Shown: positions 12,906 to 25,410, counted from the first letter of the stretch. The stretch is 64,000 nucleotides of DNA from Eledone cirrhosa (GCA_964016885.1 OZ024745.1:129270001-129334000); one strand, 5' to 3'. Numbers and translations: made by a program. Notes: generated by a model not told the origin, from the sequence alone.

Positions 12906-13231
12906 AATAATAATAATAAATGAAAGATATATACTTTATATCATCTCTATTTATTTCATTATATATATTTCGAAGATGTAAAGTTTTATGTATAATATAA
13001 AGCAAAACATGTCCTCCTCAGACAAAATATATAGAAAATGCATAATTTTTTTCCTGATATGCAAAACAAACTGGACAGATCTGCGACCACCAGGCATATG
13101 ACTAGGAAAACCTCCGCACATAAGTGGGTTACGTGATCGGGGGAAAACATTACCATATATATACATATATATATATATACATATATATATACGATATTAA
13201 TAAATGGAAACTATATTTATAAAACCATATT

Positions 13232-13296
13232 TATTTCATTATACATATTTCAGGGATACCACATTAAATTATGGTATGCCTTCATCAGACAAAATA
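13232..13296 (-). ncRNA. Type I hammerhead ribozyme motif (PLE family A); degenerate tandem copy at ~12951-13030
   Basis: Reverse complement: TATTTTGT CTGATGA AGGCATACCA..TGGTATCCCT GAAA TATGTA TA ATGAAATA. Confidence 0.7.
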
Positions 13297-13470
13297 CAAT
13301 ATATAACAGTTTTACAAATAGCTTTGACGTACCCTTTTAAAATGCAACCATTACTTTTGGAGGCTGTCTGGATATAATATCGTATATCTACTTCAAAAAT
13401 TTGTCGAGTGCTTTATATCAGTTATAAAAATATTTACTTGTTGTATCCCAACAACTTTAAATAGAACTTT

Positions 13471-13563
<93 letters not shown>

Positions 13564-14174
13564 TGCTCAATGAAAATATCAAGGACGCCATTCTTTGTGA
13601 TATCAAAATAATAACAGTCTCGAAAAATTGCTGTCAATGCAAAACTTGGAATGCCCTATTCAGAAGCTCACCTGAAAATTGCATAGCATATTTGACCTCT
13701 GTGGCTAAATGTGATTAACTGAGAAGAGTGCGCTAAATTCGGATCTGAAAGGAAGATAATCGCCTTATTTCTAAAGATTTGTTTTGGAACAAAAGGTGTG
13801 TTAAAGATTAAACGCAAACAACAGAATTTTCTAAAACTCAGCAAGGATGAAGTAAAAATCTCTATGTCCATACTTCCGAATAAAGTTGTATAACATTTGA
13901 TTATTAAACAATAGAAACGAACTGAAAAGATATTCTTAACATATTTCAAACACACACACACACACACTGACACACACGCGCACACACACACGCACACACA
14001 CACATATATATAAATATATATATTTAAATATATATATATATATATATATTTTAGTATATGATTCCAGTTCCTCAGAGGAATAACAACACAACCAAGAGTT
14101 GGACATATCGATGTATTGACGGAGTAAAACACACTTCAGCAACATGTGTACCTGTTCTTCCGACACCAATTCAG

Positions 14175-14229
14175 ACTGCCTGAAGAGGTCACAGCCAATG
14201 ATGGCTGTCACCGAAATATATATAGCAGT
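14175..14229 (+). ncRNA. Type I hammerhead ribozyme motif (family B)
   Basis: ACTGC CTGAAGA GGT-CACAGCCA-atga-TGGCTGTC-ACC GAAA TATATA TA GCAGT; stem I ACTGC/GCAGT perfect. Confidence 0.85.
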
Positions 14230-14290
14230 ATATCTATAATTTATTATAAACGAAGCCAAATTTTACATATTTGTCTTAATTATTTTATAT

Positions 14291-14380
<90 letters not shown>

Positions 14381-14547
14381 CATATATATATATATATATA
14401 AATATATATATATATAAATATATATTATGTATTTCCGTAGAAAAGGTAAAGGAAAGAAGAGTGCTCCATGTATAGTACAGAGCTATTTAATTACATAAAA
14501 ACTACACAATATAATTATTCCATTACCAAAGGTTTCAGGATGAAATA

Positions 14548-14617
14548 TTTCATCTGATGAGCGTACTGGACATTTCTCTTAAGATCGTCTAGTTTCCTGA
14601 AACCTTTGGTAACGAAA
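14548..14617 (+). ncRNA. Type I hammerhead ribozyme motif (family C) inside fold-back 14430-14645
   Basis: TTTCAT CTGATGA ..ACTGGAC..GTCTAGT.. GAAAC CTTTG GTA ACGAAA; family also at 33800-33962 and 42547-42670. Confidence 0.7.
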
Positions 14618-14644
14618 TAATTATATTGTGTTGTTTATTATGTA

Positions 14645-14725
<81 letters not shown>

Positions 14726-14728
<3 letters not shown>

Positions 14729-15409
14729 TAATTTAGTATATCTACTAACATATGCGTGCAGATGTACGCTAATGCCAGCAAATACACAGGTTATGTCATA
14801 GTACCTAGGTGGTTCAATGCAGGAGGATGCAGAACAATAATATAAAAGACGTAAAATATTTTACGTCTTTTATATTATTGTTCTGCATCCTCCTGCATTG
14901 AACCACCTAGGTACTATGACATAACATGTGTATTTGCTGGCATTAGCGTACATCTGCACGCATATGTTAGTAGATATACTAAATTATCTATATTTATCTC
15001 CAAATCACTTGTTTGTCGAGCAAACCTGCCAAAACCACTACTAATTCTTTGGTGTGTTAGTAGGCTTCTGTCATCTTACCATCCCACTCCTACCGACTAG
15101 CCTCAGTGTCACGTGATTGATTCTTTAGAATCGGCCATTTGACCAGTGGCAGCGAGATTTTCAGTGCATGGAATCCAGTCCCCGCTAGCTGTTCCATTTA
15201 CCGAATTATTATTATTTTTATATGAGTCCCCAGTGTCCGCGCATTGCCTGGAGACTTAGCTGAGAATAGACCTCCCTGATGACGCAATGAATTCTCAACA
15301 GTTTATTACGTAACTGTCTTTATCCCATTGCAGAAACTAATTAGTTGGAGTGAAATTTTAGTAAGTAAGTTAATTTTTTAAAATTTTCTTAAAATTTTCT
15401 TATTTTACG

Positions 15410-15419
<10 letters not shown>
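14726..15419 (+). mobile_element. Non-coding PLE/retrozyme-like element: 132-bp zero-spacer palindrome plus 544-bp unit and 19-bp terminal direct repeat
   Basis: 14726-14857 is the reverse complement of 14858-14989; TATTTTACGTCTTTTATAT at 14857 and 15401; (TA)n on both sides. Confidence 0.85.
15272..15350 (+). ncRNA. Type I hammerhead ribozyme motif (family D)
   Basis: CTCC CTGATGA CGCAATG..CATTGCA GAAAC TAATTA GTT GGAG; palindromic stem III AACTAATTAGTT. Confidence 0.8.
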
Positions 15420-15500
<81 letters not shown>

Positions 15501-15505
<5 letters not shown>

Positions 15506-16471
15506 TAAAATAACAGATTAAAGTTTAAGCAAAGAATCGCTGCTTTCACCCTTAACGGGATCTTCTGAAACTAACAAAGTCAATCTGTAAACGCAGAACT
15601 GGATATTTCAAAAAACGTTGCAACCGGAGGAAGACAGGAAGACGATACTTTGGTTCGTGGTAACGTTCGCTGGCAAAGAACGGGAAAAAACGAATAATAC
15701 GTCATTAATAGGAGCGGTGAAAAACAATTACGCGCAAAGACAAAACCACGTTTATGGTATAAAAGAGGTCGTAGACTAATGTTCTCTTAGGTGGTGCATA
15801 GAGACGTTCTCTGGCAATGAACGAAAAAACGAAGATAATAAGTCATATGTGGAGCGTGGAGAACAATAGCACGCAAAGACAAAACCACGTAAATGGTATA
15901 GCAGAAATCGTAGACTAAAATTCTAAATTCTAATTATACGCTATTCATTTGGTCTCCTAGTTAGAATTTTAGTCTACGATTTCTGCTATACCGTTTACGT
16001 GGTTTTGTCTTTGCGTGCTATTGTTCTCCACGCTCCACATATGACTTATTATCTTCGTTTTTTCGTTCATTGCCAGAGAACGTCTCTATACACCACCTAA
16101 GAGAACATTAGTCTACGACCTCTTTTATACCATAAACGTGGTTTTGTCTTTGCGAGTAATTGTTTTTCACCGCTCCTATAAATGACGTATTATTCGTTTT
16201 TTCCCGTTCTTTGCCAGCGAACGTTACCACGAACCAAAGTATCGTCTTCCTGTCTTCCTCCGGTTGCAACGTTTTTTGAAATATCCAGTTCTGCGTTTAC
16301 AGATTGACTTTGTTAGTTTCAGAAGATCCCGTTAAGGGTGAAAGCAGCGATTCTTTGCTTAAACTTTAATCTGTTATTTTAATAAATATTTGCTCTACGG
16401 TTCTTATATATTTGATATATATTTTCCTTATCGAGCCCTCTTTGGATTTTAGTCTTCAATTTTATTATTAT

Positions 16472-16477
<6 letters not shown>
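15501..16477. mobile_element. Fold-back element: ~426-bp arms (15501-15926/15961-16388), 34-bp spacer, hammerhead-like core
   Basis: Arms near-identical reverse complements; 16320-16477 recurs at 61141-61298 with CTGAAGA TCCC GTTAA GGGT GAAA. Confidence 0.88.
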
Positions 16478-16532
<55 letters not shown>

Positions 16533-17567
16533 TATTTGTGTTATGCGTGTGTGTGTGTGCGTGAGAGAGAGAAAGAGAGAGAGAATAAGGGAGACTGATG
16601 TGTCTGTGTTTTATGTATGTATTTGTATTCAACGACTAAATATTGTCACCTTGTCAAACTGTCCAGTAGCTTTGTTTACACGAGTCGCTAATTACTTTCG
16701 CAAGCACTTGTCACAAGCTGTTTATTTATGATTAAACATTTCCACCACACAGTTAACGTACACGTATACACGCATCTTTTCAATGGATTTCAATTATGTC
16801 TTTCTCTAACTTTCAATTCTTGCTCTATCTATCCATATATCCCTAAATTAATTCACTCATTCCGGTAATTAATTATTAAATGATTAAATACTAATCTATT
16901 TATAACGACTTTTGATTCATAATATATTTTATGTTTCCCGACACACCCATCACCTAATAACATCCCAAACTAACTGGTAAATATATCTTAATTAGTTTAA
17001 TAGAAAATGAAAGCTCTTACCACTTCTACTACAAACTCAACGCCTCATCACCCTTTAAGTTTCTGTTCACCAGTCACTAGTTATCTTACCTCATTGCCCC
17101 ACCTCCCTTCCAAGATGAATAAATAAATAAACAAAAATGGACCCTATTAGATTGGCCCCCTACCACCTTATTTCCTCACCTCTTTTGTTCATATTAATCT
17201 GTTCTGTCATGGTGACGACAGAACAGATTATTTATGTGTAAACTCCTTTTTTTTTCGATTTACCTAATATTGCTATTAGTTCACATTGCCGCAGGGTGGT
17301 GATATTCTTCTCAAATCACTGGTCTTGTGATGGTTCGATGGGTTTTGCGGTTGGTTGGTTGAATAGGGGCGGAACTGATCAGCCAGCTGAAAGGTCCTCG
17401 ACACTGTTTTGTCTGTACATCTCAACGGCACAGTATACAGTACACCCGATTAAAGATCTCTCAAGAGAATATAGCGAGGTAAAAAATATTGTTGTTATTG
17501 TTTATTTTTGCTGCTCATTTTTCTTATGTACGCCTTGATTAAGCAAGCCTAAGATCTGTGTCGAACA

Positions 17568-17815
17568 ACTGGGGTGGAGGAAGCATTTCTGAATTGGTGG
17601 GGAGGGGGAAAATTTGGTCAATTTAGTTGTAATGATTAGTTTAGCTCTTTGCACTCTAAAATGCTCAGAAAACTTCGATATGCGATGTGTACATGTTATA
17701 AACATAACATGTACATACATTTTAGCGCATATAAAATATGTGTGTTTTAGCAGTTTGGGGAGAAAATATATAATTATTATGGGTGGGGAGCAGACCCCCA
17801 GTTCCATTGCCCCTG
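17568..17815. mobile_element. Possible old MITE with C(A/T)GGGG..CCCCTG ends
   Basis: CTGGGGTGGAGGAAG ... GTTCCATTGCCCCTG imperfect TIR; G-run subterminals. Confidence 0.35.
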
Positions 17816-18477
17816 AACAATCATCTTCTAGGAACTCTTTATCCAATGTTTTATTTTTTCTCTTTTCAAGACAGTTGTAATTAATTCGAGGGAAATATAT
17901 CTGTTACATCAGGCAGATGATCCGACTTTAGAAATTAGTGATAAATGGTTTATTGTCTTATTTTGTTTAACGTTATTGCAGCAACTCAATTGATAAGAAT
18001 AATCACAAATAATTTGATTGCGAATGAAATAGTATTTATTATTGAAGAAGAGATGACAGATAACATGAACTAGTTAACATAAAACAACTATGTAGATTTT
18101 AAAACAAATATCATTCGAACGTGATAAATAAAAATCTCTTATTACATATAGTTAATAAAGACTTGCATATGAGCAAAATATTAACATGATTATCTGGAGA
18201 TTTATATATATGGGTATATATAACTTAATCAGCATAAACTTCTAAACAATACAGTCATGAGTTGGGAAAAATAACATTATTCTTGTATATAGCTCAATGT
18301 TCAGAAATGTGGAGAGGCTCTGAGTACACTTAACTAGTGATTTCTCATGCCAAGGACACCAGAAGTTTCCACTGCTACGGGCTCGACTGCAAACCTGTCG
18401 GTGAGCGACTGGTGTCGCTGCATGTGGCATCCCAGACGAGGGGTTTACCACCTCGAAACGGGAAGATGGTCATTTAT

Positions 18478-18995
18478 GTATGTATGTATGTTCTTCTGGT
18501 TTCATAATTTCACAAATTTTTACCAATAGAGAGAGAGTCGGTTTCTAACATAGACACAAGACTCTCTCATTGGAATTTACACAACATCAACTAGGTAGAT
18601 ATGTATGTATGCTTGCATGTGTAGATATGGATGTTATTGTATGTGTGGATGTGTATGTTTTGAGTTGTATGTGTGCATGTGTATATGCTTTGCATCTGTA
18701 CATGTGTATATGCAGTTATTAGATGCAACATTTTTGGAATGTTTTACATATTTTTAATGTTCCATTAATGGATTGTACTTGTAATTTCCTAACTAGTTGT
18801 GTTCTTTCTGTTCCTGTGAAGCCTAGCTTCTCAAGATTTGTATTGAGGCAGTTACTAACATATCCCAGGGCCCCAATAATCACAGGCATAAATCTGAAGG
18901 TGTAATCAGGGTGGAGTATCTGCAGATTTCTCATCAGTTCTGTATAAATATTCTCCTTTCTCATCAGTTCTGCATAAATATTCTCCTTGTATTCT
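18478..18995 (-). mobile_element. RLE-type (R4-like) non-LTR retrotransposon 3' end in (TACA)n
   Basis: KENIY.ELMRNLQ..FMPVIIGALG..LEKLG..LQ.QSI.GT.KI C-terminus; stop ~18719; 3' UTR ends in (CATA)n and 5' flank is (TATG)n. Confidence 0.82.
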
Positions 18996-19685
18996 CCTAT
19001 GTATGTATGTATGTATGTATGTATGTATGTATGTATGTATGTATGTATGTATGTATGTATGTATGTATGTATGTATGTATGCATCTGTGATCTCTTTCTC
19101 TTAATTTCGAGTATATATTTTTGACCAGCCACCTTCCTGGTGGCAAGGTTGTATGTATGTATGTAAGTATGTATGATGCATTTCAGAAAGCCGGTACAAT
19201 CCAATAGAAACATATAAAGGGCAAGGGATAACAAATAAAAACAAAACAAATTCATGTTTTACTTTGTATATTTCAGCATGATATTTCGGGGCTAATAACC
19301 CATTTTAAAATGTTAAACGAAAACGGTTCAAAATATAACGAACGATCGATTCGTTTTTCCCTAACTAATTTCTAAAATACGCATGCAAGGAGACGTTAAA
19401 GTAACCAATCTGTTTCGTGCAGTTCCAATCTATTATCTATTTATCTTCTTGATGATAATGGCCTCTTTGATTCATCATAGAGGAGGAAATGGAAACGAAA
19501 GTGGGAATTTTAAGAATCGATATCTGCTAAATATTGCTAGCGTTTGTAAGGTTAAAAAATAGGGTTAAAGTCGTAATCTCTTCAAAATTTCAAAAGGTTT
19601 TTCCCCAAAAATGATCTTCTATTTGATAGTAAAAACGACAAACACACATAAATAACTTTTAGAAACAATTTATGTTCATTATGTA

Positions 19686-19879
19686 GGAGCCGTGGATTGG
19701 CAGTAGCGGTGGAGGGTCGGAAGCCATGCTTTGAAGCATAAAGTTACCTCCCTTTATGATCTGAGTTCAAATCCTGCTGAGTTTAACTTTGCCTTTCATC
19801 CTTACGGGGTCGATAAAATAAAGTACCAGTAATACACTGGGGTAATTGCTGGCCTTGTGCCAAAAGTAGAAATAATTAT
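19686..19879 (+). mobile_element. SINE family 1
   Basis: Full head-core-tail. Confidence 0.9.
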
Positions 19880-20026
19880 GTAGACTTAAATGAATAGTAT
19901 TTTTATAATTTCATGCTTCATAACTTAAAACGGCGCATGCACATGCACACACATATGTATATAAATATTTGTATCTATATGTAGATATGTAAATCTATGT
20001 AGATCTATCTAGTTATCTATTTACGA

Positions 20027-20074
<48 letters not shown>

Positions 20075-20076
<2 letters not shown>

Positions 20077-20395
20077 ACCAAAGATTAATATGGTTCGTTG
20101 ATTACTCAACGAATACAATATTACAATAGATTAGAAGCACTCAACAAGAGATTTTCATAGAGTTTTTAATATTATTCAAAATGTTAATAAATGAAAAATA
20201 TTCTCATAATCAAAATATATATAATACTGGAAATGAATAATTAAAACCGTAGCAGTATGTCACATACCAAATCATATATTTTGTCTGATGAAAACGTACT
20301 TAAACACCATTGTACCTTTGAAATATGTATAATAAAATATATATTTGGATTATGAGAATATTTATTTATTAACATTTATTAACATTTAGAATAAT
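20075..20395. mobile_element. PLE family A pLTR fold-back with hammerhead motif at 20277-20339 (+)
   Basis: TATTTTGT CTGATGA AAACGTAC..GTACCTTT GAAA TATGTA TA ATAAAATA; left part is an inverted copy of the downstream pLTR. Confidence 0.8.
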
Positions 20396-20404
20396 ATATA
20401 TATA

Positions 20405-20619
20405 TATATTGTTATACTTTGGGAGGGTCATGTTGCCAATAAGAAACACACGCACCAGTTGCTTTCACTTCAATTTATTATATATTTATAAATTTATAAA
20501 TTTACAAATCTACAAACTTATAAATTTCTTATTGGCAACATGACCCTCCCAAAGTATAACAATATCGGTTTCAACACACGATTTCAGATAAAGAATCTTG
20601 CTAAACAAATTCAGAAACG

Positions 20620-20622
<3 letters not shown>
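20405..20622. repeat. Small inverted-repeat element in (TA)n (arms ~20405-20446/20525-20565)
   Basis: TTGTTATACTTTGGGAGGGTCATGTTGCCAATAAGAAA and its reverse complement. Confidence 0.85.
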
Positions 20623-20657
<35 letters not shown>

Positions 20658-21627
20658 AACTGTGAACAGGTCTCACTTTGGGATTCTCATATTTTATCTG
20701 GCATTGTCGTCTGCGCCTCCTTGTCTACAAACCATCGTCAGTATTCTTAGAGGTTATCGCCTGTATCAAATTTTATGTGTGATCATTCAATGTTGGCAGC
20801 GTTGGTGATTTTATTCTGAAGTAATTTCTTAATTTTACTGGCAAAACTGCTTTTGATCTTCCTTTATCTGATTTATATCTTAGTTAGGAATCTGGTTCAG
20901 TTATTCCCATTTAGCTTCCTGTTTTTTTTTATGCTGGTACTTTGCATATCGCCTTTGATATTTCGAGTAGCATATGTTGAAATACACTCTTACTTCCAAG
21001 ATTCCTATATCGCCAACCAAAATGTTCAATCACCAATCATTTTTTGTTTAGATGCTCATCACCCACCCAACTGTTGAAATCGCCCAGGTTGGGAAACTTT
21101 GATATAGACTCTGATATAACACATTATAACAAGCCTAATAAAACAGAACATAATGCATGGTACCTGGCATACAATTAATACTAATAATATTCTACCACAT
21201 GATATAAAATTAAATGGCATCTCATCAATAACAATCCACAATGTCTTCTTATCAAGGGCAATGAATAACAATCCTAACAGATGCTATTAAGGATCACAGT
21301 GGACTGAACAAGTTTTACATTAAGCAACCCTAATACGAAATTTTCCAACCGATTCTTGATGTACATGGCTGGGAAATGACAACCTTCACGTGTTCCACAT
21401 TGTACGAAATTCATTGCAACTAATGTCAATGCTCGATATATGCATGACATACTGAGAATAAAGAGTTATTGTAATGAACACCAGCAAATAACATGAACCA
21501 TAACTATATAAGAAACCACTTGGGAAAGGTAATCTAGAAATTACAGAACCCTGCCACTGGATTCTCCAGTGCATGGGCCATTGCTAAAGTCTGCTACAAT
21601 ATCTACTTCGGCCTTCTATAAAGATTT

Positions 21628-21838
21628 CTATTATAGATACAAAGCCAGCAATTTTGTTTTTGGAGAAAGTTGATTAAATCGGCCCCAGTTCATTACTGGT
21701 GCTTCATTTTTTGGTCCCCATAAGGATGAAAAGCAAAGTTAACCTCAGCGTGATTTTAACTCAGAACGTAATGAGCCGTAACTTTATGCTGCAAAGCATG
21801 GCGTCTGACGCTCTACCGATTCTGCCAATCCACTGCCC
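21628..21838 (-). mobile_element. SINE family 1 (older long form)
   Basis: Reverse complement of head/core/tail with substitutions. Confidence 0.85.
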
Positions 21839-22001
21839 TTCAACACACACCAACATCACACACATCATTCTGAAAATGAGGCTATTCAGGTCTAGATTTA
21901 GATTCTTTACCCCCCCCCCCCTCCAAAAAAAAAGAAAGAGCTAAAAATTAGTAGTGATTTCAAAACATCGCATTTATGTATGTATGTATGTACGGATACC
22001 A

Positions 22002-22053
<52 letters not shown>

Positions 22054-22102
22054 TATGGATATATACTCCTGATAGTATCCATGCATGAATATATATATAA
22101 AT

Positions 22103-22152
<50 letters not shown>

Positions 22153-22160
22153 ATGTATAA

Positions 22161-22198
<38 letters not shown>

Positions 22199-22201
22199 AT
22201 G

Positions 22202-22237
<36 letters not shown>

Positions 22238-22614
22238 TACGTGTACGTGTATATGCATAAACCACACAGCCTTACCTACCTACCTACCTACCTACCTACC
22301 TACCTACCTACCTACCTACCTACCTACCTACTTACCTATCTACCTACATACATACATACATACATGCTATATAATTATAAGTAAAAAATAAATAAGTAAT
22401 AAAAACGAAAAGAAAATGAGCCAAGACAATTTCGTCTTATTTTATTCTCTTTAGGCTTTTTACCACAGTTCCACCACCACCACCATTGTCACTTTATGTT
22501 TCTGAAATGCTTTCAAAAAACTTAACTACCCCTCTGAACAAAAATAACTAATAAGATTAAGACTATTCCATTATCCGAAGAGAACAATTGTAGAAAGTGG
22601 AAACACATGCAGCA

Positions 22615-22860
22615 TAATAATAGTAATAATAATAATAACAATAATAATAACAACAACAACATCAATAATGATGATGATGATGATGATGATGAGAAGAAAA
22701 AGAAGCCGAAAAAGAAGCTAAAAAAAGGAAGTAGAAAAAAGAAGAAGAAGAAGAAGAAGAAGAGGGAGGAGGAGGAGGAGGAAGAAGAAGAAGAAGAAGA
22801 AGAAGAAGAAGAAGAAGAAGAAGAAGAAGAAGAAGAAGAAGAAGAAGAAGAAGAAGAAGG
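22615..22860. repeat. Compound (AAT)(AAC)(GAT)(GAA)n microsatellite
   Basis: Direct reading. Confidence 0.9.
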
Positions 22861-23326
22861 CAAACAAACAAACAACACACATCCATTAAAATTCACAAGA
22901 GAAGGCAAAATAGCCGCTTAAATATTTTCCTACATCGTTAACGATCCAGAGTTGTATCGCATTGAATTCTATTGTAGACAACACCACCATCACCACACTC
23001 ACCATTACTACAATCAATATTACCCATCAGACCCTCCACCACTACGAACTTACTCCTGGGCCATCTATATCTTTCAAATAAATCGCAATAAACTCCAAAC
23101 ACCACAGAACGTTGCCTCCACATAACACGGGTTATACACCGATATTCTACGCAATATTACGAAAATATTAAAAATGAAACACCAACTAGATATGCAAGGG
23201 GCAGAGTTAATTGTCACAACAAACCTTAACCCCTTAACATTTACATTACTCTCTATATACTATTGTATTTTCATGGTAAAGGCTTTATTTCACATAATTA
23301 TCTCACTACGTCCCTTTACGATCTGA

Positions 23327-23620
23327 GTTCAAATCCCGCCGAGGTTGACTTTGCCTTTCATCCTTACGGGGTCGATAAAATAAAGTACCAGTAATGTACT
23401 GGGGTCCATATAATCGACTTTCCCATTCCTTCCAAATTACTGGCCTTGTGCCTAAACTAGAAATCATTATTTTGACGTATAGAGTTACGGCCCTTGCCAT
23501 TCTGAGTTCAAATCCCGCCGAGGTTAACTTTGCCTTTCATCCTTACGGGGTCGATAAAATAAAGTACCAGTAATACACTGGGATAATTGCTGGCCTTGTG
23601 CCAAATGTAGAAACAATTAT
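23327..23620 (+). mobile_element. SINE family 1, two 5'-truncated tandem copies
   Basis: Core and tail twice; ATTATCTCAC flanks both ends (probable TSD). Confidence 0.9.
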
Positions 23621-23767
23621 TATCTCACCTTAATATCTGATACGGTCCCTATATGGGACCATCGATATTAAACTGATTTTTAGAACTAGGCAAAGAGTTA
23701 GGGGCTTGCTCCGCCTTTGCCACAGGTTGGCCTGGTATTGCAGTACTTCTAGGTCTGCCCATCTCCC
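23620..23767 (+). pseudogene. U2: U2 snRNA pseudogene, 5'-truncated
   Basis: TTAATATCTGATACG, stem IIb GGTCCC/GGGACC, Sm site GATTTTTAG, stem III with GCTTGCTCC loop, stem IV loop CCTGGTATTGCAGTAC; lacks first ~45 nt including branch-point recognition GTAGTA. Confidence 0.9.
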
Positions 23768-24034
23768 ACCCGTGTGCCCATTTCCCACTCGGGAGATAAA
23801 AAAGAATAATATTGACTATAGGAGATTTTGATGTTATTTATTTTGAGAACAATACCTTAACATCATTATGAGCCGCCAGTTATGGCCGGTTTGAAAGAGG
23901 TGAAAGAATTATGGCTGGATACGGCCGCTTTAAATGCTAAAGGGTTAATTAAACTCCATTGTTCATATCAATATGTAGATAAACACATCCGAATCCAAGC
24001 ATTCATAGACAAATATACAGTATCTTAGGACAGA

Positions 24035-24172
24035 ACAATTGTTTCTACTTTTGGCACTAGGCCAGCAATTACCCCAGTACATTACTGGTACTTTATTTTA
24101 TCGACCCCGTAAGGATGAAAGGCAAAGTTAACCTCGGCGGGATTTGAATACAGACCATAAAGGGCCGTAACA
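24035..24172 (-). mobile_element. SINE family 1, 5'-truncated, with TSD CTTAGGACA(G/C)AACAAT
   Basis: Core and tail reverse complement; flanking duplication visible. Confidence 0.9.
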
Positions 24173-24870
24173 CTTAGGACACAACAATGACATCATAAAA
24201 GATCACTCCCGTTCCACCCAGACAAACGTAAGGAACTCTTTCTTATACACAGAAATAACTTCAAGATTAATTGTCCCAACTGTATCCAAACAACGAGCTG
24301 CGATGAACACAAAAAGCAATTAGTGCAGAGTAATAACAGCTGTCAAGTTTCTACTGGGATCACCATGTCTACTAATACTGTGACCTCGTTCAGAAGCTAA
24401 AACGTCCCAACTCTCACACTCCACCCAAAACTATTCATCACTATATGTCGGAATGTGTAGTAGGGTTCGTAGTAAGGCAGATATGTTAATATACTTGGGC
24501 CGGGGACAACCTCCCTACTCACCACTATCGGCACGGAGTTGGCTACCCACAGATGTGAGCCTTGCGAGTTGGAATGACTCCGGAGGGACGCCTTCTTTAT
24601 TCTGTCCGACGGGAGCGCGGGGCAGCCAGCGCGTAGGCTCTCGTCAGCTTATGATAATGAGAGATGAGGAGAGTGAGAGAGACGGAGGAAGCGAGTGAAA
24701 GAGAGAGAACAGCAACGTTGATATGGCAACCATAGATCCTAAGTTGACAGTGAAATGCAAATATAAAAAAATCAAGATTGGAAAATGGAGCTGTGGCTAG
24801 GGTTTGTCAATATAACAGCTTGATTAGGCAAGACCTGGGACAACACAGCAAAAATATTAACTATTGCAAA

Positions 24871-25410
24871 CTTGGTGGATTGGCAATATATTGGCAGTAT
24901 TGCTTTGATGCATAGAGTTACGGCCCTTTCCATTCTGAGTTCAAATCCCGCCGAGGTTAACATTGCCTTTCATCCTTACCGGGTCGATAAAATAAAGTAT
25001 CAGTAATGCACTGGGTATTTGCTGGCCTTGTGCCAAATGTAAAAACAATTATTATTTACAAAGTATAGAGTTATGTCCCTTTACGTTCATAATTCAAATA
25101 CCTCCGAGATTAACATTGCCTTTTCTCCTTACGGGCTTGATAAATAAAACACAAGTAAAGCACTAGGTTATATTTAATCGACTTTCCCTTCCTTCAAAAT
25201 TGTTGGCCTTGTGCGTAAATCAGAAACAATCATTTACAAAACAAAGTTGCGGCTCTTTACGTTCAGAGTTCAAATCCTGCCGAGGTTAGCTTTGCTATTC
25301 ATCCTTACAGAGTCGATAAATAAAGCACCAGTAATGCACTGAGGGGTTAATTTAATCGACTTTCCCTTCTCCCCAAAAGTGTTGGCCTTCTGCTTAAATC
25401 AGAAATCATT
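24871..25410 (+). mobile_element. SINE family 1, three tandem copies
   Basis: Core repeated at ~24940, ~25090 and ~25270. Confidence 0.9.

Noticed and set aside
20850-21600. Decayed LINE apurinic endonuclease (PIIFCLDAHHP resembling GDFNAHHP)
   Set aside because: One weak motif with no supporting neighbours; cannot be supported without tBLASTn
22607-22921. Lys/Glu-rich nuclear-protein-like ORF
   Set aside because: Compound trinucleotide microsatellite
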